Notes: a model not told the origin generated them from the sequence alone. Counted from the stretch's first letter, positions 50,417-64,000 are shown. The stretch: DNA of 64,000 bases from Cycas panzhihuaensis (GCA_023213395.1 CM041465.1:233561741-233625740); one strand, 5' to 3'. Program-made: numbers and translations.

Positions 50417-50542
50417 AAATACATGGAGCGTGCAGCCCTGTTGGAAGGATTATCTCTAGATACTCCACTTTACAGAGTCAATGAAGGAAATGAACCAACA
50501 TTCTTTACAAGGTTTTTCAGATGGGATCCTGCCAAGGCTGTG
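50417..50542 (+). CDS. VLN: Villin exon
   Basis: cag|KYMERAALLEGLSLDTPLYRVNEGNEPTFFTRFFRWDPAKAV|gtaagt. Confidence 0.95.
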
Positions 50543-50923
50543 GTAAGTATTCTTAACAAACCTTTTCCCTATTGTTCAGGTGATGTTCATTTACTTGATC
50601 CAACTCAGATGCCCCTTGCATAGCCACAAATTTGTTATGCTATCAAAGCTAGTAGATTTTCGTAGAGACTGATTTTATGCTTTTCTGCCGTGCTTAGAAG
50701 TAGCATCTCTCTTCCCATTACAGAGTTCTGGAGCCTTCATAGAATGCCAGCTACTTTGTAAATCGTGTACGAGTCAATAAGAAGTCCTTTCTATTTGTCA
50801 TTCTAGAATTGCTACCATGCACATGCTATTTGATGTTGAGAATTGTACTAGAATGGGATACAATTTTCTATCTTCTGAAAGAAAGATGTGATTTTTTTGA
50901 TCTGTTTTTTGAGCACACTGCAG

Positions 50924-50989
50924 GTTCAAGGGAATTCGTTTGAAAAGAAACTTGCCATTCTCCAAGGAATGCCTGTTCAACCTGTTGAG
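50924..50989 (+). CDS. VLN: Villin exon
   Basis: cag|VQGNSFEKKLAILQGMPVQPVE|gtcaga. Confidence 0.9.
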
Positions 50990-51075
50990 GTCAGAAGTAT
51001 AATAATGTACATGATTTTCTTTTGCTCTGGTTAATGGTATTTATTGAAGGAAACCCACCTTGTGTGTCCCTACAG

Positions 51076-51415
51076 AAATTGAGAAACCGGGTTTATAAGG
51101 GTGATGTTGGATCCACTGAAAGTCCAAAGCAGGTTTCTGAGAATTCTAATGGTCTAAAAAGAGGTGTCTCTACGCAGAGAGCAGCTGCACTGGCTTCTCT
51201 GTCTTCTGCTTTTAATTCAAGCAATGGAGGCAAAGGTGTGACTAGAGCATCCAGAGCAGCATCTACACCTACCCTGAAGCAGTCCTCTCAAAGAGCAACT
51301 GCAGTTGCAGCACTATCTACGGCTTTGAGTGTTGAACCAAAAGGCTCTTTACCTTTAAATCCACTTGCACCAGCTGCGCTGGTTGATGATAAAGAGACTT
51401 CTGTAACAGTGTTAG
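51076..51415 (+). CDS. VLN: Villin linker exon
   Basis: cag|KLRNR...TQRAAALASLSSAFN...SQRATAVAALSTAL...|gtaggt; QRAAALAALSSAF-type motifs of VLN2/3. Confidence 0.85.
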
Positions 51416-51568
51416 GTAGGTGGACTGAATTGGATGTTTTATTTTATTTTCATTTTCTTGGTTTCATAAAGTCTGAACAGCGAGGAGGATAAATATATGA
51501 TATGGGTGCATGAGCCCACAGTATTCTAGAAAATAACCAGATTATCTTTTGCATCTGTACAAAAGCAG

Positions 51569-51834
51569 CAGAGGTTGAAACAAGCATTGCAGCAAGTGCT
51601 GAATCTGAGTTGTCGCTTAAGCAAGAGGAGTCAGCTACAGTGGATGGCACTGAAGTAAAAGCAGCAGCAGCTACAGAAGATGACACAAAAGTAAAAGAAG
51701 AATCAGTTCCAGATGGTAATGGGGAGAATGAAGCCAAGGCAGAGGAAAATGGAGTTTCTGGCACTTACAGCTATGAGCGTGTGAAATCTAAATCCACAAA
51801 TCCAGCCCCAGGAATTGATCCCAAAAGAAGAGAG
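51569..51834 (+). CDS. VLN: Villin linker / headpiece N-terminal exon
   Basis: Acceptor within AAGCAGCAG (start 51566, 51569 or 51572); ...TYSYERVKSKSTNPAPGIDPKRRE|gcaaat (GC donor). Confidence 0.85.
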
Positions 51835-51959
51835 GCAAATTCCTTCAGAATCATTTCAAATCCATTTTTCTTTTAACTGTTCAGTTCATGCTTTAAATTG
51901 TTCATTGTTGAAATAATTAAATTGCATTTATTGACTAATTCAGGGCTCTTTTCTTGCAG

Positions 51960-52073
51960 TCCTACTTAAGCCCTGAGGAGTTCCAGAAGATTTTAAGGAT
52001 GGACAAGAATAAATTCTATGAGCAACCAAAGTGGAAGCAGGATAGGCAAAAGAAGGCTGTTGATCTATTTTAA
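51960..52073 (+). CDS. VLN: Villin last exon (headpiece)
   Basis: cag|SYLSPEEFQKILRMDKNKFYEQPKWKQDRQKKAVDLF*. Confidence 0.96.
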   Translation, partial: SYLSPEEFQKILRMDKNKFYEQPKWKQDRQKKAVDLF

Positions 52074-54479
52074 GTGCCACGATTGTCACTTTTATTCATT
52101 TGTCCTTATTGGAATTTTTGAATGAATTTTGATTCTTTGGAAGGGTGTAAGTTTTGTAGTAGTATGAAGGGTGGCATTCGAGTCAGGGTTCCTATAGCCT
52201 AAAATGGCTGATTGCATCACCAGCCAGTTTTTGAATTGTATACTAGTTGTCTTTCTAGGGTTCTCTTGAAGCACATAAGGGGCCAATATTTTCCCTTGCC
52301 CTCACATTTTTATTTTCATTCCATATTTTGTGTGCATGTGTACCTAAAATTTGAGGCTTCACAATCAGTTTGTCAGAAGGAACTGTTTATAGCTCTCTAA
52401 TCATTTTGGGTAAGACTTCTCCCTCATTTATTAATGCTGGCAAGTAAAACACGTTTTACAACCCTTTTTCCAGGAATTAAACCTGTGAGACGCCTGCAAT
52501 GTTTGATTTAATTTGTATCCAAGTATGTGGGGTTGCCAAAATGTTAATCTTGTTTGAAGAGGCTCGGATACGTAATATGGATTATGAGCATGGGAGGTGA
52601 TAATGGAACTGCATCTCTGTTGTGAAGAACTATTGTTTTAGTTCTTGGTTTTGCAATATGAAAAGCTGTCATGTTTACAGGTTGTGTTTTAACATTTCAT
52701 TCATTCTTTTTGGAGAGAAATATTAATGTTGTACAATGCTGAGGCTCAAAATTATTGTTCAATTGAATGATGTTGGGGATGAGCAGGTAAGGTTGATTCT
52801 CCATGATTGCTACATGTATCTATGTAATCACCCTGTGTCCTTCCAGTTATTGCTACACAGCATTAGATTAATAGACAGGCGATCTTGAGCCCTCGGTTAT
52901 AAGAGTTTTATATTAAAGTAGACCCCAGCTTATAGTTGGCCTAGGTGGGTAGAGTTTCCAGTCCTACCCATGCCATATTGATAGTTGCATTCAAACCAGT
53001 GGATTATGCATTGGCATTTTGAAATAATTCAGGGGAGCCGATGAACGGTGACCAAACGCATTGAACAGAACATAGCCACTAACCAGGGATGTGGAAGCCA
53101 ATATACCCATTCTCAATCGCCACTAACCTCCTTTTAACATATCAATAGTTGAATGCGCTCTTGTTTACTAATGTTACAGCTTGTTTATTACTCACCTCCT
53201 CATTTAGCTTCCTGAGTTTACTGGGTTTTTATGTAGATTTATTCTATCATTATCTTGTTACTCTGTCTACATTAGTTATTTTGTTTGATTCCATTAAATA
53301 TTGATTTCATTATTCTAGTTAGCCCTCATTATTAATAGTAATTTATTTATTAAAGTTGTGATTACCTAGGGAACAATCATTCCATTGGTTCCGCTCAATT
53401 GCTTAGAAGCAAATCTCTTGTAAGTTAACTTGTTATCTAGTCATTCTTCTCAATAGTGGCTAATAGATATTTAATTCATATTTTAAAGTCAACCACTTTC
53501 GAATTGAAAGAACACAATTCTTTTTCAAGCCCATTAAGTGGTAGATTATTAATTAGATATGTCGTCTTTTCTTAATAATCGATTTATTACCACTTGTTAA
53601 TTGTCGCTATCATTAGTTGTTAGTTAGTCAACACCTCATTATTAATAATACTTATCATTGCCGTAGGAAATCTATTTCTTAATTCATCATGTCAAATCTT
53701 GAAAGTAGAGGTTGTTTCGTTTATTCTTATTCAACTAAAACCTAGGCATAAGGTCAATCCCAACTTCCATGATTTTCTTCTATCCCAATGTAGTTACTCA
53801 TTCCTATCTTCAACAAATCCATATAAAAACCCTCCACACATAAAATTTAAATTTGATAGTAATTAGAAAACCATTAGAAAAACATACTTGTGCAAATTAG
53901 AGAAACACATACAAACCTAATTGTAATTGTCCTAGATTCATTGGTTGTTGTAATTTAAGCCCTAGCCTTCATTTTGGGCAAGGTGGCAAGAGACACAGAA
54001 CAAGTATATAAAATCATAGAAGTTGATAGCCACTTTAGGAAAACGATATTTGAAGCAATAGTATACATCGAAAATCTAAGATTGAGTGAATCCCTATAAG
54101 ATATATCGACACAACTACGATTGATGATAGATCTCTCATCTTGATCCTAAAATATAGGTAGTATACAACAAAAGGATAGCATAGACCTTTCAAAAAATTA
54201 CAAAATCCAAGAAGTAGCATAGACATAAAGAGAAACTCTCAAGAAGGGCCTTATTGTAAAATAAGAGAAAGTACTAAAGAGAGAGAAAAAACCAATATAG
54301 TTATGTATCCCTCGACCAAAGACATGAACAAACTAATTATAAGATATCTGAATTGCTACAAAAAACTTTCAATAAAGAACCAATGGCCAATTCCATTTAA
54401 TTGTTACTTTTAATGGTAAGCCATCTAAACACACAAGAAAAAAAATTAAAATTAAAATAAGTTACGTAATGTTTCAATA

Positions 54480-56076
54480 AGAAACAAGGTTCTCATAAAC
54501 TCAAATTTTGGATTCAATAAATGGAATAATACTTTAAATTAATGAAAATCTAAAGAACGAGAAAGTTCCTTTAGCTACTTTGCACTTGGATGGTATTGCT
54601 TATGAATGGTGTCAATATTTGGAATGAACTAGTTTTACGAATCAAACTTCTTTTAGAATAATTTTGTTAAGTTGTTTATAGAATAGTTTCAAATCATAAC
54701 AAATATAGATTGCTATTGAGAGTTAAGAAAATTAAAGCAAATCAGTCCAATAGAAAAATGTAATGAGATTTTCTCTAGATTAGCATATTTTGTGAGTGAT
54801 ATTTTTATGAATAGACAAATTTAGTTATATATTGATGGCCTTTCCATAAACATCTAAGTAGATGTTCAAATTGTTGCTTCATAAAGCTTAAACAAAGTTA
54901 TGAGTTTAACCTACAACTTTGAAAAGAATGTCAATACTCTATGCAAGTTAAAGCAAAGCATCTACACTCTCTTGTTGCACGAGAAAACAAAGGTAAAATC
55001 TTAGGTATCGAGGGATATGGTAAACAAATAACAAGGGATATTGATTTTAGGAGACCAACATTATAATGATCTAAAATAGAAGAAGGAAAACTTATTGGAA
55101 CTAGTAGAAGAAACTAAGAGTGATGAGATCAATTTAGAGTCTTTACAAGAAACTCCAAAAACACATAAACATGCCATTTTAATGTCCATTGACCACATGA
55201 CTATTAAAATGTCTTCCTTGGTAATGTTGGGGTTGATAAAGCCCAACACACTTGAGTTGGGAGGATATATTAAGAAGGATTTGGTAACAATCGTAATTGA
55301 TCTAGAGAGCACCCATAATTTCATAGACCAATTTGTAGTCCAATCCTTAAAGTTGTTTCCAACTAGGATACCCAGGTTCCAAGTAAGTGTTGGTGGTAGG
55401 CTAAAAATGTCAGGCAAAGGCAAACTTAAATTAGAAATTAAAGATACAACCTTGAATAAAAACTTCTATGTCATAGATGTAAGCAAAGCAGACATAGTCC
55501 TAGGCTGCTAGTGGTTGTGACTGCTTAGAACCATTAGAATGGATTTCAATATATTTTTCATGCAATATAATCGAGGAGGAAAACAAATTGCATTGCAAGG
55601 AGAACAACTTGTGGAAACAAAGATAGTGTTATCATATCAAATAGAAAAATTCATGTGTAAAAGATATAATGGTATGGTAGCCAAATTGTTTCTTCCTATA
55701 AGTGGAAGTAGAGGAGGAAACGAAGACAGAAGCACAAATGCAAGAGATAATAGAAAAATATGAGGAAGTTTTCCAAGTTCAATTCTTAGGGTTATTTCTT
55801 GATCATTAAATGGAATACATAATTGAATTAGAACATGGCAAAAACCTTATACTGGTTAAACCTTACAAATATTTACATCACTATAGAAATGAGATAGAAA
55901 AAATAGTACTGGACTTATTAAACCATGGGGCAATAGTACCTAGTAAAAGGCCATTTGTAGTGCCATTTATCTTAGTAAGGAAAAAAGACAACACATTTCA
56001 TATGTGCATTGATTATCATGCCTTTAACAAAGCCACAATAAAACATTATCTTGAAATTCTAGACTTCAACACTTAA
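54480..56076 (+). mobile_element. Decayed Ty3/gypsy gag-protease-RT fragment, 3'-truncated
   Basis: LATLHLDGIAYEW (Gag), IVIDLESTHNFI (protease), KPYKY...LVRKKDNTFHMCIDYHAFNKATIK (RT start). Confidence 0.85.
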
Positions 56077-56460
56077 TTACCTCTCCATAGGTAATTTAGG
56101 TATGTATTCATGTTCTTCATTTAATTTGGTTTTATCTAAATTTATATGAGTACTAACATTTTGCTTCTTATTATGGTGATGGGTGTATGTGTTATTTTGG
56201 CCTATGATGAGTCATTATGTGATTATAATTAATTCAAGCACTCTAGCCCAAACAACTAAACAAACTCCTCCAATGATCCTTGAATCCTTTTGGAATATTT
56301 TTGTCATTTTTTTTTCCCACTTAGACTCACTTATTAACTTTTTTGACTTCATTATGGCCTTCAAAATCTCACTTAGGGCCCCACTTATTTCTTCTTTTTC
56401 TTATTTCTTTCATAATCGTATTTTAAACAAAAATGCAAGAGTTCTCTAATATATGGCGTC

Positions 56461-56797
56461 CATGCAGGGACAACAAGTCAATGTTTTAGTTATAACTCTC
56501 TCTATTGATGTCCAAAGTGCACGAAATTTTGAAGAGAAGAAGGATAATTATTATTAGGTGTATTTATCCCCAAAATTTTGAATTAATTGGAGGTTTTTAG
56601 GTAGGCTAAATATAGGCCAGTTCAACCATTAACTACTTAGCATGCATATAGGGACAACAACTCTATTGATATTTAAATTGCGTGAAATTTCGAGAGAAAA
56701 TTAATTATTATTAAGTACATTTATTACCAAAGTTTTGGATTAATTGGAAGTCTTTAGGTGACGTAAATAGAAATTTGTTCACCTGTTAGCTACATGT
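56461..56797. repeat. Diverged tandem duplication (two copies, ~160-180 bp)
   Basis: CATGCA..GGGACAACAA...CTCTATTGAT...TAATTATTATTA...ATTAATTGGA...TTTAGGT twice. Confidence 0.7.
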
Positions 56798-57687
56798 AGT
56801 GACTATTAGGCAAATTTGACATCATTCCCTTTGAAAAGAATTTTTAGTAAATCCATACAGAATTTGCAATAGGTTTTTTTAGGAAAGTCATAACTAACAA
56901 AAACTGCTACAACCTTGTTTTAAATTTTGACTTATTCTAAGTTACAAGTCAAAAGTTATAGTGCAATTGGGGAAGTGACATGGGTTAATTTTGTCTATTT
57001 AAAAATTATTTTACGTAAGCATTGATGAGGCATGTTTTTTAAGTAATATTATGTTGCCAAAATTTTCATTGAGAGTATACATTGAATAACTTCCTTGTGT
57101 TCTCTGAGGATTATTTTAGAGCACTAGACTTGAATCGAGAAAAGAATTAGAGAGTGATACATACCCAGATCTCAAAACTTTGAACTAAGAGGCAAGAGCC
57201 ACTATCATAGATCTTGCATGCTAAAATTCCTCTAGACTCTCAATTATTCTTGTGATTTCATTGACTTTTTGTTTCCCTTTGTTCTTGGAAATTAGTTGTT
57301 TCGTCTTTCACACATTATTATCTCCTTTACACTTGCTTTCTTCCCACATTTTTTGATTTGCTCTACTGGAGGATCCATTAAGGGGATAATGGTAGGAGTG
57401 GACTATCATTTAGACTCATTTGTGGTGTTTGAGACCACATCTGAGGCCATTTTTACAATAGAATTACATTTGTTACTTTAGGCATAATAGTTTTATTTGA
57501 TTAAATGCAATTTTCATGCATCTTCTCTTTGCATGAAGGTTAACCTGGAGGTGGAGGAGAGCATTGACTCTTATATTTATCTTGTAGGTGGAGGAGAATA
57601 CTTGAAGAAGACTCTTGTTCTCTTTCACTCATCTTACCTGCCTATTGGACAAGTTTCATATTGTTTGATTTGTTCTAGGTTGCTCTT

Positions 57688-59612
57688 TGTTAAAACCAGA
57701 CCTTTATGTGGAGGGAAAAATTGATTGATTTCATTACAAGTGGAATTCCTCTTTAAATATATATCAAAGCTTTGTAACTATTACAAGGCTAATTGTAATC
57801 AATCATGAGTACTAAATTTATATTAGGTGTTTCATAATGAGGGGTTGATAGCATTACCCCTTTAATAGTCTTAGGACAAAACATTATATTCTATCACCCT
57901 ATCTTAATATTTTATCCTTTTCAATCCTATTCTATCTTTGAGAACTTGAAAATTTTCTCTGCCAAGTGGTTTTTTTAAAATATCTACAACCTGATTTGTT
58001 GTGGGACAATATGTTAAGTCAACCTCCTTGTTTTGCACTTTTTCTCAAATGAAATGATGATGTACTTCTATATACTTTGTTCGTGCATAAAGAATGGGGT
58101 TTTTGGTCAACTTCATTGTGCTATGATTATCACATAGTAAAGTTGTTAGTCCTTGTTGTAGTTGATTTATATCCATTAATAATTTCTTGAGCTAAAATGC
58201 TTCACATGTTGTATTGACTGCCGACTTATATTCTGCTTTAGTTGATGAAAGAGAAACTATTAGTTGCTTTTTGTTACACTAGAAAACAACAGTTGTGCCC
58301 AAGAAGAAACAATATCCATTGGTAGATCTCATATTTTCTTTGTCTCCTATTCAGTTAAAATCATAGAACCCCAACAATTGAGTTAACTTCTTTTTGGTAT
58401 ATATCGGTTTTCGATCCACAGTTCCTCTCAGATATTTGAGTGTCCTTTTGGCAGCTTTCCAATGTCTTATTCTTGGCTCCTGTATATATCTAGAAACCAA
58501 ACTCACTGAGTGTGAGATGTCAAGTCTTGTGGCAGTGAGATAGATCAAGCTTCCAATCAACTGTTTGTATAGGGTGATATTAATATTAGGGTTTCCTTCA
58601 TCTAAGATTAAATTGCAATTCATCTCATAGAAGTTGCACATTCATTGCAATTCTCTATTTGAAACTTAACCAACAGATCTCTAATGTATTTGCCTTGTGA
58701 TAGTGTGATTGACTCTTTGTTTTGTTCAATTTTTATTCCCAAATAGTAGTTCAGGGAACCTAAATCTGTCATTTTAAATTCCTTTTCCAGCTAACTTTTT
58801 ATATTTGAGATAGATTCTTTATTATCTCCTGTAAGGATTATGTCATCAACATAGACAACAATTATTAAGATTTTTCCTTTATCTTTTTTACATATAGGTT
58901 GGAATTTGAATTGCATCTATGAAAACCATTTTGTGACAAACGTTTATCTAACTTAGCATACCAAGCTCTAGGAGCTTGTTTTAACCCATACAGAGCCTTC
59001 TTTAGCTTACATACTAGATGTTCTTGTCCTTGCTTGATATAGCCTTTTGGTTGCTGCATGTAGACCTCTTCCTCCAGATCTCCATTTAAGAAGGTATTTT
59101 TGACATTTAATTGGTAAATTTCCTAATCGTTTTGAACTATTAGTGCAATCACTATTCTAATAGTATTCAATTTAGCCACAGGAGATAATGTTTCATCAAA
59201 ATGAATCTTAATAGTTTGAGTGTATCTTTTTACCATAAGTCTAGCTTTGAACTTTTCTATTTTGCCATCAACTCCTTCTTTTACCTTGTATACCCATTTA
59301 TAATTGACAACAAGTTTATTGGAAGGTAGCTTAACTAGATCCCAGGTTTGATTTTTGGTAATGCCATCCATTTTTGCATTCATTATTGATCTCTATTCTA
59401 CATGTTCCTTTGCTTCTTCCAAGGATTTGGGCTCTAATCTACTAAAGAGAGATTAATATTGTTGATTTCTAGTCTTGTGTGTGAAAATATCTTCGTTCCT
59501 TTCTTCTATGATTTTGATGTATCATTTTGGTACTTTCTTCTCTTTTTTTGTTCGTTTAGTGATCAACTCTTTAGAGGATTGTTCTCCTTCTATAAGAGGA
59601 GTGGATTCTGAC
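57688..59612 (-). mobile_element. 3' portion of Ty1/copia (RT, RNase H, 3' LTR 57688-57896), interrupted by the LINE
   Basis: ORFs 59123-59383, 58865-59059 and 58351-58641 homologous to the other copias; LTR starts TGATAGAATATAATG on the - strand. Confidence 0.9.
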
Positions 59613-62600
59613 TTTTTTTGATAAGGTAAAATTAAATTGAAGGGGTTTTAACTAGGTCCCCAAACCTTGTACATCAAGGCCATACGGCTGAAAAAAGATA
59701 ACCATGACAGGCCCATGGTCTAGCCCAGATATAATCCTCTCATCCTCCCCTCTCTACCTCCCCGATATGAGCATCAAACCTGACTAGTCTCAGTAACTCT
59801 TCCGGATAACCTTCCTTCTAGATTTTTGTTCTTTTGTTTATCACGGCCCAGTTTGCCAACCAGTCTGCAGCCGAATTCCCTTCCCTATAGGTGTGCTGGA
59901 TCTGGACACCATTTTTAGAGCTCAGAACATCTTGGACATCCATGATAATATCTATGTTGTCCCACCCAAGATCTGCTTCCCCTCTTAGACAATTTATGAC
60001 ATACATAGAATCACCTTCTATGATCACCTTCTACGCTCCCTCCTCTTCCATCAGATCTGTCGCCCTCAACATGGCCCGCACCTTGGCCTTCTGGTTCGAA
60101 TGGATACCTAAGTACTTCGTAAAAGCCCATTTCAAGTTTCCCACATGATCCCTACATAGACCTCCCCCTCCCGCCTCTCCGGGATTACCTTTGGTTGCCC
60201 CATCAAAATTAATTTTTTCCTAGGTTATGTCTGGAGGGCTCCATCTAGTTGTACTCCTCCTCTCTCTACCTCCTTTCGGGGGAACTACACCCCAGTCCTA
60301 CAGAATCCCAACTTCCACTTTAGGGATCCTGTCTTCCTTTGGGGGGACCAGCATCTCTGAGATACCCTTCTTGATCTCAGCGAGCAGGATCACACTATCC
60401 TTCTCTTTACCTTCAAAAATCCTCCTGTTTCGTTCTTTCCAGATATACCAGGAGCCTACCGAGAAGATCATCTTCCAGAGGCTAACAAGGGTTTTGCTTT
60501 TGAAAGGAGAGATCCAGGCTAACCACTGATCTTTTAGGGACTGTGATGACACCCAAACTAGGTCCAGCCTGGACCAAATTTCGCTCCAAATACCACTAGT
60601 ATAAGGGCAGTGGATACACATATGATCCAGGGATTCAGCTTCCATCTTGCATAGAACACATCTATTCGCCAACTGGAAGCCCCTTTTCGAAAGGTTATCC
60701 ATCATGAGTATTTTGTTTTGAAGGCATAGCCACCAAAAAGCTGCGATCTTCGGGAGCATCCCCATCTTCCAGACCCCAGCTAGTAAATCATTCCTATCCC
60801 AGCCCTCCCTGATCATCATCAAATTATAACCGCCATCAGATATGATCCTCACATGAAAGGGACCAAACCAGAATATCTGGCAAGGACCGCTTTGGAATGT
60901 ACTAGTTTTCTAAAACCACCCTCACTCTGTGGATCTCCCCCTCTAGGTCATGCAACTCCTCAAACGATCTCCAACACCTGTCCTTTCCCTGCCCCACCCA
61001 ATAATTCTTTACACTAGACCCATAGCTATTCACGACATCGCTCTTCATGGTGCCGATATTAGGCAAGTCCTCTAGTTTTGAGTTACCACACCATTTGTCT
61101 TCCCAGAACCTTATGCTCTCTCCATCCCCCAGTTTCCAACGCACGCCATCTCGCAAAAGAGACCGCGAGGACCGAATGGCCTTCCAAATAGGGGATCCTC
61201 AGCATGTGTCCTCCTCCATTAGAAAATGATTGTCCCCAAGGTACTTCCTTGCCATAATTCTCCCCCATACTGATCTGGCTTCTTTGATGAGTCTCCACCC
61301 CGTCTTTACCTATAGAGCTTCATTGAATAGGCCCAACCTTCTAACGGTGAGACCTCCCGCCTACTTAGGCTTACAGACCTTCTCCCAAGACACTAGGTGG
61401 ACTCTCGTTTTGTCTTCAGCTCCTTACCAAAGAAATCTCTTCATAATTCCTTCCAATGTAGAAATAACCACATTCGGCAACTTAAATACGGTCATTTGAT
61501 AGACGGGGATACTCTGCAGGGAGGCCACCACTAACTGAATTTTTCCAGCCCAACTGAGAAGAGCCCCTTTCCAACCCGCCAGTTTCCTGTTGAATCTGCT
61601 CACAATTGGGTCCCACAAATTCTTCCCCATCTTACCCACAAATAGGGGCATACCTAGGTATGAACTAGGGAGTGGGCTCTTGGAGATCTCCAAAACCCTG
61701 TAGATGCTTCTCTGCAGCCTCTTCATTGTATTAATGAAGAAGGCTGAGCTTTTACCCAAATTGATTTTTTGATTTGTAGCTTTTTCGTAAGTCTGTAGAC
61801 CCATTTTTAGGGCCCTGGCCTCCCCTAGGGAGGCCCTGCACAAAAAAATATTATCATCAACAAACTGGTGGTGCACAATATTATCCAAATTTGAGGATGC
61901 TCTCAAACCTGTTATCCTCCCTGACCGTTGGGCCTCCATGGTAGCCCTACCTAACAACTCTGCCATGATGATAAAAAGGAAAGGAAAGAGGGGATCACCT
62001 TGCCTTAACCCCCTGGATCCAGTAACGAAAGGGGTTGACCTCCCATTTATGATCACTGAAAAAGACACCCTAGATATACAACATCTCATCCAATCCCTCC
62101 ATACTTCCCCAAAGCCAAATGCCTCAAGGCAGTCCAGAAGACAGTCCCAAGCCACCCGATCGTAGGGTTTGGACATATCAGTTTTAATTATCATGCCCGC
62201 TTCCTTGCGGTGAATAGTTGAATGCAGGGTTTCGTGGACAGTTATAATACCATCCGTGATCTGTCTTCCTTTAACAAAACCATCTTGGTTAGGAGAAATA
62301 ATAGCCAGGAGGGTCTCCCTGAGACAGTTTGCTAACACTTTGGCCAGAATCTTGTATTTAACATTGCAAAGGCTAATCGGTCTAAAATCCTCCATGACAT
62401 CCGCACCCTCCTTCTTCGGGATCAGAACTAGAAAGGTAGCCTGCCACTCTTTTAGAATTGTCCATCTTAAAAAGAATTCATTAAGCGCCGATATTAGGTC
62501 ATCCTTGATGATCTCCCAATATTCTTGAAAAAATCCAGGAGGAAACCCATCAGGCCCTGGGGCTTTATCCCTACCCATCTTAAATAGGGCCCTCTCGACT

Positions 62601-64000
62601 TCTTCCTGGGAGAAGGGTTCTGTCAATTTGCTGTTAAGAGCCTTAGAGACCACTTTCGAGATGTATTGCAAAAGAGCCGCTCTTAGATCATGGTCCTGAC
62701 AACCTAGTTCTGTATATAACTCCTTGAAGTAATTCATCACGATTCCACCGATCTGGTCCTCCGCCTCATGCGTTGCCCCGTCCCTGCTTCGAAGTTTACT
62801 GATCCTGTTATGAGCTCTGTGCTTCAAGGTGGAGAGGTAGAAGAACTTAGTATTTCTATCCCCCTCCCGTATCCACAGCTCTCTGGATTTCTGCTTCCAG
62901 AAAATTTCCTCCCTTGCCAGCACCTCCTCTAATTTCCTGGAGTTGGAATGTTCGAATTGGTCCAAATCCTGGGTTCTTCCTTCGAGCTGGATCCTATCCT
63001 CTATCTCTTTTAACTTTGACAACAGGGCCCCCTTGTTTTTAAAAATGTTTCCAAAGATCTCCCTATTCCAGATCTTGATTTGTTGCTTAATCCAATTCAA
63101 CTTCTTCGAGAACCTGAACATGGTGCAACCCTGAACCAGAACTCCCCACCAATCGTCGATCCTCCCCCTAAGGTCCGGGTGCTTCAGCCACATGAATTCG
63201 AAACGGAAGGGCGCCCCCTTATGGAGACCGGGAACGAACCCCTCAAGAACAAGAGGAGAGTGATCTGATCCAGATTTCGGGAGAGCCTCCAATTTGATGC
63301 CTTCAAAGTGACAAGCCCATTCATAGTTTGTTAACATCCTATCCAATCTACACTGTATGTGATTATGGCCTAGCTGCCTGTTGGACCATGTATACCTAGC
63401 TCCCCTGAGGGGAACGTCCATCAGGCCTCCCATCTGCAAGAATTCACCAAGATCAGACATACTCCTCGTCCAACTAACTTGCCCCCTTTTCTTCTCTTCC
63501 GGGCTAAGGGGAGAATTAAAGTCCCCCGCCACCAGCCATGGGCCTTCCCAGTCTTTATGGACCTGCACCGGTCTTTCCCATAATCTCTTCCTGCCCTCCA
63601 TAGAGGTGGGGGCGTAAATATTTATGATCCAATACTCTTTGTTAGTCCTAACACAGACCAGTCCTACGGTTAAAAAGTGATCATTCTTTCTCACCTCGTA
63701 ACCCCTCCATCTATTCATGTTCCAAAGGGAGGCCAGCCCCCAGAGCCTACTGACCCTACACTAGTCCTCCCTTCTCCCCTTCTCCAGATCTTGTTAATCA
63801 CCTCTCTTTCTTTAGTCTGTTCCAACTTTGTCTCCTGCAAAAGGATAAGACCCGCTCCTGTCCTAATCCTTAAATCTTTCACCAATCTCTGCTTGGATGG
63901 GGCATTTAGCCCCCTAATGTTCCAGGATAATACCTTCATGGATATCCTGGAACTACAACCCTCAACCCTTCCTACTCTTGAGGTTAGGGCCTTCTAGCGC
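59613..64000 (-). mobile_element. L1-clade LINE: ORF2 (APE endonuclease - RT - zf-RVT - RNase H), 3' UTR and poly(A); runs off the window
   Basis: MKVLSWNIRGLN (63939), GDFN, SDHSP, KAPGPDGF, FRPISLCN, GLRQGDP, QFVDD, RCVLC...ESLDH, NFDGATKGNPG, IEGDS, REGNSAADWLA; 3' end TTTACCTTATC-A7 at 59613-59630; frameshifts present. Confidence 0.97.

Noticed and set aside
48917-51876. ORF-track entries 48917-49159, 50387-50623, 51022-51492 and 51610-51876 as separate genes
   Set aside because: They are villin exons read through into introns
53170-54130. 5' LTR of the 54480-56076 gypsy fragment
   Set aside because: Plausible by position, but there is no partner LTR, clear PBS or TSD to define it

Overview
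Repeat-rich land-plant nuclear DNA; the architecture suggests a large-genome seed plant such as a gymnosperm, but that is inference. The only host gene is the 3' half of a villin (VLN2/3-like): 9 exons at 49019-52073 on the + strand, including an 11-nt microexon, a NAGNAG acceptor and a GC-AG intron. No upstream villin exon is visible, so 1-49018 may be one very large intron. The rest is nested transposons: a degenerate chromoviral Ty3/gypsy (1873-7158); three related Ty1/copia elements (16359-21641, 42592-47782, 57688-59612); two hAT remnants; an L1 LINE (59613-64000); and a full-length non-chromoviral Ty3/gypsy (23095-38225, - strand, perfect AACAT TSD) carrying a young non-autonomous copia-derived insert (25413-30036). 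The 23095-38225 element is the most unusual object. It has a tRNA-Glu PBS, three CCHC knuckles, two extra Gag-like modules between protease and RT, and an extra PMD-like ORF after integrase. Immediately upstream of that ORF is an array of ~48-bp hairpin repeats with variable spacers, built on the CGTAC motif that also saturates the LTRs. Coordinates and identities were read by eye.
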